DNA of 64,000 nt from contig NC_068985.1 in assembly GCF_001194135.2 (NCBI RefSeq), positions 82,123,532 to 82,187,531 of the forward strand, in the 5' to 3' direction. The notes beneath the pieces are model-generated. The model did no database searches and was not told the origin of the DNA. It worked only from the letters and a program-made list of their open reading frames with translations. Positions 55,207 to 64,000 of the stretch are shown piece by piece. A program made the translations under genes and the position numbers. Within the stretch, counting starts at the first letter, position 1, and every line of letters begins with the position of its first letter. The DNA is from Octopus bimaculoides (taxonomy: Eukaryota).

Positions 55207-56802
55207 TGATAATAATAATAATAATAATGATAAATGTATGAGTGAATGAAATAAACAAACATTATGACAGAATGTATAAGGTTTAACTAAGTTACTGAGA
55301 CATGATTTGAGTGAAACAAGTTCATGTGTAGGAAATGAGGAGAAAGTTTAATTAATGAATCAGTTCTGATAATGTTATTTTGGCCACAAAGGCACAAAGC
55401 TTTATGTTAAACCTTATGTTAAGAAATATGAAAAGACAGATATAATATTTTCGTTTTGTGCTTTATTGAGAAAATAATTAAAAATAGCATTGAGTAATAT
55501 TGAAATTCACTTAAAAGAAATAGAATATACCTAAAAAGCAGGAGAGAGGGAGGGAGAGAGAGAGAGAAATGAGGAGAGTGAAAGAAAGGGTGACAGGGAG
55601 TAAGATTAATGACTTTACTTGATAAGCTGAATAAAAATGGATAATTTTGTATAGAAGATACAATGGCTGAGTGAGTTATTCAGCTCAAGTGCATCTGTCA
55701 TGAATTAACACTGTGGCCAGAGGTATTCTACAGTGTCTGTAGATCATTCTGAGGGCAGCATAGGTGTTGTATATTTAAAAGCCTCAAGAAACACATCTTC
55801 AAAACACTTAAGAAATAAGGATTGATCATTTGAAATGTGTATTTATTTATAACTAATCCCAAGGTAATTCTAAAATATATAAAGGCTGAATTTTGTTGTT
55901 TAAAACCAGTGGAAAATATAGATATAAGAAAAGACCTGAAATTAATATGAACTGGAGATAGTTCCAGTTTTGCAAGCATGTAAACAACTGCTTTAATCTT
56001 GATGCCACATTAAACAAAACTAGACCCTCTCAGTATTTGGCTGCAGGTAGGGCATCCACTTGAGATATAATGTAATTGAAGTAACTGCCAACTGCATCAA
56101 TGAAACTTCTGTATGTCATACAACAGGTAAGAGTGATAGTATTGATATAGGATTGTTGTGAATGAAAAACTTGCATAGCGGGCCCATCTAAAATCAGCAT
56201 GGGAAATGGATGTAAAAATTGATACTGATGAAAGTGAATTCATTTACCTACTTATGCAGTTTATTTGGTATCTGTGGCAATAGAAGAACAATTATGGCAA
56301 TTGAGAGTCAATTAGCTTGAACTATTTCTTTTATATATATTATCAGTATTTTTATTTTTATTTTAATTATTAACTTATTTTATTTAGTAATTTGCTAAAC
56401 AAGTTTTTCAACTCACTATATTACATATGTGAGACCCTACAGTATTTGCAGTGCAGAACACTCCTCTGAAGTGTTTTCGCCTAGCCATATTGTTGATATT
56501 CATGTTCCCATACATATTTTAATCACTCTTAGACTTGCCAAGTAGAATATTCTTCTGCTAAGAGAAAAATATGAACACTACTACCACTAGCTGACTTAAA
56601 AATCACCCCCTGCTCCAATTTGCATTGTTTATATTGTCCTAAATTTCAATGAACTGATCCTAGCAGATCCTAAGAACCTTGAGAGAGAGGTTTTAAACAA
56701 CCAACTATTTGGATAAACTCAGTTGAAATTTTTCAGTTCACTAGACTCACCTCTCTCTCTCTCTCCAGAATGACTGCAGTCAAATGACTGAAACAAGTAA
56801 AA

Positions 56803-56844
<42 letters not shown>

Positions 56845-58029
56845 TATGTATTATTCTATGTATTATTGACTGTTTTTACTCTCGCTAGGCCACTGGTGGT
56901 AAATAAAATTTCTAAAATTTTCTTTGCCACCCTATAATTTATTAATAATNNNNNNNNNNNNNNNNNNNNNNNNNNNNNNNNNNNNNNNNNNNNNNNNNNN
57001 NNNNNNNNNNNNNNNNNNNNNNNNNNNNNNNNNNNNNNNNNNNNNNNNNNNNNNNNNNNNNNNNNNNNNNNNNNNNNNNNNNNNNNNNNNNNNNNNNNNN
57101 NNNNNNNNNNNNNNNNNNNNNNNNNNNNNNNNNNNNNNNNNNNNNNNNNNNNNNNNNGTTTTCCAACTAAGTAGAATATACTTCAATGAAGAAGTCTAAT
57201 AAAACCAAAACATGCCCCTTGGTTTTGCTAGCTAATCTAAAGATAAAATCCATTCTGTCCTGTAGAGTCTCTGTTTTCCAAAACTTCCAATCATTTGATG
57301 TTACTGGATTTATCTTTCTTGCTTATTTTTATATTTTAAACACTCCTTGTATAATCTCTGTTGAATAAAGTTTTTCACTTCACTACATATATGCAGCCCT
57401 ACTATACTTGTATCTGATCTGTAGAACACTCTCTTGGGAATATTCTGTCAGGTTTGTGAGAAAATTTTTGATTGAGCCTTGATTCCAAACAGAGCATTAT
57501 CCACTTCGGCTACCACAGAAATAATAAAAATTCCTGATTTCTATCTTATGTAAATGTGAAATCTTAAAAATATTAAACTCAATTTTTTTTCTCAATCAAA
57601 ATATTTAATTCCTGTAGCTATAAATTTTTTTTATAAATCAAACCTATTCACAAAAGAAGAATATCTGTTAGAATTAAAATATTCCAGTTGTGGTAGCAAT
57701 AGTATTGTATGTCCCCTATTTAATTTTCTTTACAGTTGCTTATAGAGTCAGTAATATAGGCACTGCTTTAACTAAAATGAAAATCAGGTTCATTTAGCTT
57801 ATTTCTTTTTATTTCAGTTACCAATATCTGCATCCACTTTTTCTGTTTTTTGATATTTTTCAGAAGATATCACAATTGAACATTCTCTGGTAGATTGTTT
57901 TTATGTAACTTTTTTCCAGTACCTCTAAATTTTGTGATTGACTTAAAGAAGATAAAAGCATTCAAATTTTAAAATTTGTAAAATAATCATTTTATAATTG
58001 CATGGAGGAAAGATATAGCCAATCAGATA

Positions 58030-58170
58030 TAAATCTAAGGACATGACAGGTAATTATTCTGTTTGATCCTGGGGGATACAATAAAAATGATGTTGACCCC
58101 AGTAGGATTTGAACTCAGAATGTAGAAGAATGAAATTAGTTCCTTTGAAATTTAATACAATGTATTATTG
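58030..58170 (-). mobile_element. Diverged SINE B-like fragment
   Basis: GTTGACCCCAGTAGGATTTGAACTCAGAATGT is the reverse complement of the B-box region. Confidence 0.5.
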
Positions 58171-59926
58171 TTTCTATCAAACAGCCCGAGGATGCATTCA
58201 TACACATGCATGTGTGCGTAAACGATTTAAAAACATGGCACATAAAAATGACTGGAAAATATACCAGTTGAAATATAGTGTACATAAAACCTCCAAAGAC
58301 ATGGTAAATCAAAGTATATATTACTCAAATAAAAAAGAATTAAATAATATAGAAATAAAATCAAGGTAACCCTCAGATAATCAATTTAATTTCTAGTTTC
58401 TCTATTATGAAATTCCAATCAAACATCACATGATCAGACATTGGTATATGTGACAATCAAAAGCCTCTTAAAATTACAAAGTTTATCAAGCTATGGCATC
58501 AATCTTCGCCTATATCCTAAATTTGTAATATTTGATCACAAGGAAATAAATATCAAAACACATACATTGACCGATAACCACTTGAACACACAAGAAATGC
58601 TTTGCTTTTGAACAACATATTTAAAGAACTATGAAAGTCAAACGTTACTATTCATCTTTTCATCTAATTAGAAACTTAAAGTACGGCCTAATTAGTTCAA
58701 CATCATACTGGTGCAGAGAAAGCAAGTTTGACTATCTAGCTTTTAATTAACAAGCTAAATTAGGAACAATATAAACTTTATTCTAGCTGAGCATGCTTTG
58801 GGCTTCAGGTTGGCAGAATATTTCAAAGAGTTTTAGGTACATCCAGCCTCAAGAGTAGAATTTCTTATGAGAAAAACTTACAGGAGGTGTTAACTTTAAC
58901 TTCTGTTATAAAATATTCAAACTGTGAGTGATAGAAGAAAGTAAGGAGGGGCAAAAAAGAACTATTAAGATTATCATGGTTAGAATTAATATGGTTTAAT
59001 GCTTTCCATATAACTTTCATCTACCTCCACCATGCTAGTAGTTATAATTGGACAAGAAAAATCACAAACAGAATCATGAAGAAAATTAAGAATATAAAAT
59101 AACAAAAATATTACTTTAGAGCTTTAACTTTTAATAATGAAGTTCATTTAATGCCTTTTGCTGATGTTGTTGTTGTTTGTGCTGCTGCAACTGCTGTTGT
59201 TGTGATGATGTTGAAGAAAGTGGAGTGTCAGAAATGGAAGAAATGCAGGACTAAATGCCTTGCAGTGCTTAATTATGCCAAAACCTAATTTCTGAATTCA
59301 AATTCTATCAAGGACAGTTTATTCTTCATTCTCCCTGAGAGATAGTTAAATATGTACCAGTAATTCCATTGAATATACTCTTCCCTTACAAATCTATGGC
59401 ATTATAAAAAAAGACAGCTATTCTTCTTCTTATTCTTCTCATTATTATTATTATTATTATTATTAAAGTAAGTTTTTCCTGTAATTGATGGGTGTCATTT
59501 TACAACCATCTCTTAGTTATTTGAGAATTTAATTCTTAATTAGAATTAAGTTAGGGGCTCTAAAGGAGAGACAGCAGCAAATAAATAAAATCTATTTGCT
59601 ACAGATATAAAATGTCATCTTCAAAATGTTGAGTATATACTTTTATGTGTTTAGTATTTCTCAATATAATCAGAATAAACATTAAATATTAGTTTTTTTG
59701 TTGTTTTTTTTTTCAATGCAACCCTGAGGGAGAACAGAAAGTACAAGAAGACTAAACTTATAATAAGAGATTACATAAAGGCATCTAGGAGCTTTTGGCT
59801 TACATATTATTTTTCTTCAGATTTTTCTGAGAGCTTTTTAGATTATGGGGTGAGGGGTTTAAATTATACATAAAATTTTTTTATAAACATGAAAAGTTTC
59901 TTCCCTTAAGAAAAAATATATTTATA

Positions 59927-61193
59927 CAAGGACTGAACAAAATAATGGAAACACCTAGCATCATAGCATCATAATTTTGAAATATCTATAAAACCATCAA
60001 AAGCTTGTTTATATTTGTTTTTTGATTTATTATTAGTGTTGCTTAATATGTTTGGCTAAATTTACTGTTTCTTTTCAGATATCATCAGAAATTGGTAATT
60101 AAAATTCATTAGAATGACAGATTTATCGGACTTTCAAAGAAGTCAAATTATTGGTGCTCGTATGGCAGGTGCTAACATAACAAAAACAGCCAAAATGTTT
60201 GGTGTATCAAGAAGTACTATCTCAAAAGTAATGACAGCCTTTAAGAAAGAGGGAAAAACTTCCTCGTTGAAACAAAACTCCGAAAGAAAACCAAAACTTT
60301 CAAATAGAGACTGTCGGATTCTTACATGAATTGTTAGAAAGGATCACAAAAGTGCAGCTCCCAAAATTACTGCAGAGCTTAATGGCCACCTTGAGAATCT
60401 AGTTCCCACAAAAAATGTTCACTGGGAACTGCAAAAAGCCAGATTTCATGGGAGGGTTGCAATCAGAAAACCACTACCTACAAAAACAAATGCTGCAAAG
60501 CATTTTGAGTGGAGTAAAATGCTACAGAATTGGTCCCTAGAGCAGTGGAAGAATGTTATTTTCTCATCCTTTACCTTATTTCTGACCACTAACTGAGTAT
60601 ATGTGTGGAGACAGCCAAAAGAAGCATTTGACCAAGACTGCCTTCTTCCAACTGTTAAACATGGAGGATGATCTGTGATGATCGGTGGGTGGGGACTGTA
60701 TCTTGGAAATCCGTCGGCCTAATGTTTTCCCTTCATGGCAGAATTAATAGTTAAGACTATTTAAGCATTTTATCTGATCAAATTCATCTTATGGTTGCAG
60801 AACTGTTTCTGGAGGGAAACACAATATTTCAGGATGATAATGCACCAACTCACACAACTAAACTTGTTACTGAATGGTACAAGGAACATTTTAGGGAAGT
60901 TGAATATCTTATCTGGCCATGGCAGCCCCCTGATCTCAATATTATTGAACATTTATGGTGCATTTTAGAAAAACAATTAAGGAGTCGATATCCTCCACTA
61001 TCGTCACTACAAGAACTAGAGACTGTTTTAGCTGAAAAATGGACAAAAATTCCTTTGGAAACAATTGAAACTTTGTATGAGTCCATACCTCATAAAATTC
61101 AAGCTGTAATTACTGCCAAAGGTGGTCCTACCCCATATTAAAATAAATTTGTTTGAAATTTTAAGGTGTTTCCATTATTTTGTCCAACCCCTG
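59927..61193 (+). mobile_element. Full-length (1267 bp) degenerate Tc1/mariner DNA transposon with DD36E spacing
   Basis: 30-bp TIRs: 59927-59956 CAAGGACTGAACAAAATAATGGAAACACCT versus the reverse complement of 61164-61193 CAGGGGTTGGACAAAATAATGGAAACACCT (26/30 identical). TA dinucleotides flank both ends (59925-6, 61194-5), and a transposase pseudogene lies inside. Confidence 0.95.
60114..61141 (+). pseudogene. Tc1-like transposase pseudogene (HTH DNA-binding domain plus DDE domain)
   Basis: N-terminal MTDLSDFQRSQIIGARMAG...GVSRSTISKV HTH, then WKNVIFS-SFTLF, TVKHGG*SVM, FQDDNAPTH and WPWQPPDLNIIEHLW motifs. Contains several in-frame stops, a frameshift near 60690, and loss of the first catalytic Asp. 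Confidence 0.92.
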
Positions 61194-61797
61194 TATGTGC
61201 AATAAAAGAATAATGCAGTTTTTAGTCAAGCATGCTGATGCTATTTATATAAAAAGTAAAGAAAATTATGAAGATGTGTTAACTTTGCCTTTTTTACCCC
61301 ATGGATATTAACAAGGTGAGTAAAAAACAAAAAAAAAAGTATGAAGACTAAAAATAACAGGAACAATAATAGTCAGGAATTCTTTTCTAGGCACTTTGAT
61401 CAGTTTTTGAAGGAAAGTGTGTTCAAAGATTGAATAGAAACCATTATATTACTGGTTCCTGATACTTTATGGCACTTCATACTTGATGTCTCTTATTTCT
61501 GTGTTCAAATCCTACAAAATTTTCTAAAACACCTGTCCTCATTCAAGTACATATTGGTCAAACAATGTAAAACAAGTGGAAATATTCCAGCCACTCTATT
61601 TTTCTATGCTTCATAGTATTAAGTGCTCAAGAGAATTGGTCTATTACAGACAGATTTCCCCATTTGGCCCTTCCTGTCAATGAATTTGTAAACAATCCCA
61701 CTGAGTTACAATTATTGAATTATATCACCTACCATATAAAGTGAAGGTCTACATTTCCACTCAAACTACAAGGGAAAATAAGCCTTTCATATAATGT

Positions 61798-61842
<45 letters not shown>

Positions 61843-62108
61843 TGTTTACATCTGCAACTCACATCTTTCAAGTGCTTTTGCCTATTTGACTAATAATTAA
61901 GTGAAAAAGTTGTAAGACATTATAAGACACAAGTAATTCACAAGAAGCGAATATAATAGTATTTTTGGAGTGTTTTATTTCCTTGTATTCATTAGACAAC
62001 CATATGCCAACAAAATGTTTTTGTGTGCATTTGTGAGTGAGTTCATATTTACCCTAATCTTCCTGTGTTTGCTGATTGTAAACTATATCCTCACTGTTTG
62101 TGCATTGT

Positions 62109-62246
62109 GTGGACAGTGTAATATTCATGCAGTTTACTACAAAAGTATGTCCAGGTTAACATATCTTGACGTGTTGCGTGGACAGTGTAATATTCATGCA
62201 GTTTACTACAAAAGTATGTCCAGGTTAACATATCTTGACATGTTGC
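62109..62246 (+). repeat. 69-bp tandem duplication (2 copies, 1 mismatch)
   Basis: 62109-62177 versus 62178-62246 differ only at GACGTG/GACATG. Confidence 0.95.
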
Positions 62247-62269
62247 ATGATCTTTGTAAACAGGTGGAA

Positions 62270-62370
62270 ACAAGTGAAGGTTGGTGTCAGGAAGGGTGTC
62301 TGTCTGCAAAAACTCTGCCCCAACTTACTCTTGTCTGACCCACTCAAGCCTTGGAAACAAGGCATTGAAA
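62270..62370 (+). mobile_element. Short RTE-3'-related repeat fragment
   Basis: GTTGGTGTCAGGAAGGGTGTCTGTCTGCAAAAACTCTGCC...CCCACTCAAGCCTTGGAAAC. Similar pieces occur near 39440-39640(-) and 56040-56230. Confidence 0.45.
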
Positions 62371-63218
62371 GAAGCTGGAAAAGTGATTTTAGGTACATCA
62401 ACCTTGAGAGTAGAATTTCTACTGGAAAAACTTACTTTAACTCTCATTATAAAATAATCAAATTGTGAGTGTCAGAAAAAAGTGGGGAGAATTGAAATGA
62501 AATATCTACCAAAGACAAGGCTGAATTCCAAAATCAGCTTGCCAAAAGCCTACCTCAACTATGTGACATTTACCAAATACTGAAAATATTACTTAATGTA
62601 TTAGCTACAGAAGAAATATGATTTCAAAAATTTTAAACTTTAGCTTTTTCAAGGCAGCTAATATATTTTACTCAAAATATTTTCTTTGTATTGTTGTGAA
62701 AGAAAAAAAACTGCTTTTGTTCCATCAACTTGTTGCCAGTAGGTTGTTGGATATGCATAATCAATTAGCCAAAGAAAGCTGGTTAACTGGAATTTCAATG
62801 GCATAAATGAATCCTAAAAGTTGGAGACAAACTGCACAAATATGCAACCACACAAACAATGTAGTGAAAGCTTATAATAGTGACATTAGGTCTTCAACTG
62901 ACTTTATCATTTGGTCAAATTCATAAATGACATAATCAGTAAAATATATTTATAATTTCAAAATCTTGAAATGAGAAAATGGGGAACAGAAATGAAGACA
63001 GACAGCGCAAGAAAACATTGAAATTTCACATATCATTATTCCAAGTTTCTCATTACTGATATATGTCCAAAGACTGATGTCAAGGAACTAAAAGTAAAGG
63101 TTTATCAAGTTTCACCTTCTAGTAAATTAGAGTGCTCAACACTTAGTATTGGATACTTTTTACATAGTTTTTATTTACACAAACATGTATATATGCCTAC
63201 ATATGTATTGTGTATGCA

Positions 63219-63265
<47 letters not shown>

Positions 63266-63812
63266 NNNNNNNNNNNNNNNNNNNNNNNNNNNNNNNNNNN
63301 NNNNNNNNNNNNNNNNNNNNNNNNNNNNNNNNNNNNNNNNNNNNNNNNNNNNNNNNNNNNNNNNNNNNNNNNNNNNNNNNNNNNNNNNNNNNNNNNNNNN
63401 NNNNNNNNNNNNNNNNNNNNNNNNNNNNNNNNNNNNNNNNNNNNNNNNNNNNNNNNNNNNNNNNNNNNNNNNNNNNNNNNNNNNNNNNNNNNNNNNNNNN
63501 NNNNNNNNNNNNNNNNNNNNNNNNNNNNNNNNNNNNNNNNNNNNNNNNNNNNNNNNNNNNNNNNNNNNNNNNNNNNNNNNNNNNNNNNNNNNNNNNNNNN
63601 NNNNNNNNNNNNNNNNNNNNNNNNNNNNNNNNNNNNNNNNNNNNNNNNNNNNNNNNNNNNNNNNNNNNNNNNNNNNNNNNNNNNNNNNNNNNNNNNNNNN
63701 NNNNNNNNNNNNNNNNNNNNNNNNNNNNNNNNNNNNNNNNNNNNNNNNNNNNNNNNNNNNNNNNNNNNNNNNNNNNNNNNNNNNNNNNNNNNNNNNNNNN
63801 NNNNNNNNNNNN

Positions 63813-63851
<39 letters not shown>

Positions 63852-63852
63852 T

Positions 63853-63854
<2 letters not shown>

Positions 63855-63884
<30 letters not shown>

Positions 63885-63910
63885 GTAGATAGATAGATAG
63901 ATAGATAGAT
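63855..63910 (+). repeat. (GATA)n tetranucleotide microsatellite
   Basis: Read directly. Confidence 0.95.
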
Positions 63911-64000
63911 AAAATCATTTGTGATGAAATTAGGGTTGTAAAAGAAAGGCTACAACCAATCTCTAAATTTACTGCCAGTTTGCAAATATTTTATGAAAAA

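Noticed and set aside
62109-62246. CRISPR-like or coding repeat
   Set aside because: Two abutting copies with no spacers, in eukaryotic non-coding context.
1-64000. Dozens of ORFs rich in YI/CV/HT repeats or X runs
   Set aside because: They are translations of (AT)n, (GT)n and (CA)n microsatellites and N-gaps, which lack stops by construction.

Overview
AT-rich, microsatellite-dense animal genomic DNA with many N-gaps. The SINE, RTE and Penelope-like repeats and the (AT)n density resemble an octopus/cephalopod draft assembly, but this is inferred and the host is not proven. Only one host coding exon is well supported: a minus-strand terminal exon (27996->27242). It encodes the last C2H2 zinc finger of an array ([T]GERPYICGACGVQYSQSHSLKSHITNKH), a low-complexity linker with SUMO-type (VKME) and CtBP-like (AMDLS) motifs, and a C-terminal ~43-aa helical segment. 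That segment closely resembles the C-terminal dimerisation tail of MORC3/MORC4 chromatin ATPases as I recall it, and a C2H2-ZF plus MORC-tail architecture is the most interesting candidate here. No upstream exon of this gene was recognisable in the remaining 36 kb. The rest is non-coding and carries mobile DNA: a complete but dead Tc1-like transposon with DD36E spacing (59927-61193), an internally deleted RTE LINE, an R4/Dong-like 3' fragment between microsatellites, many tRNA-derived SINEs (one nested with a TSD), hammerhead-like Penelope-type motifs, and a 306-bp insertion containing a 252-bp near-perfect hairpin with a 13-bp target-site duplication. Nearly all other ORFs in the track are microsatellite or N-gap artefacts.
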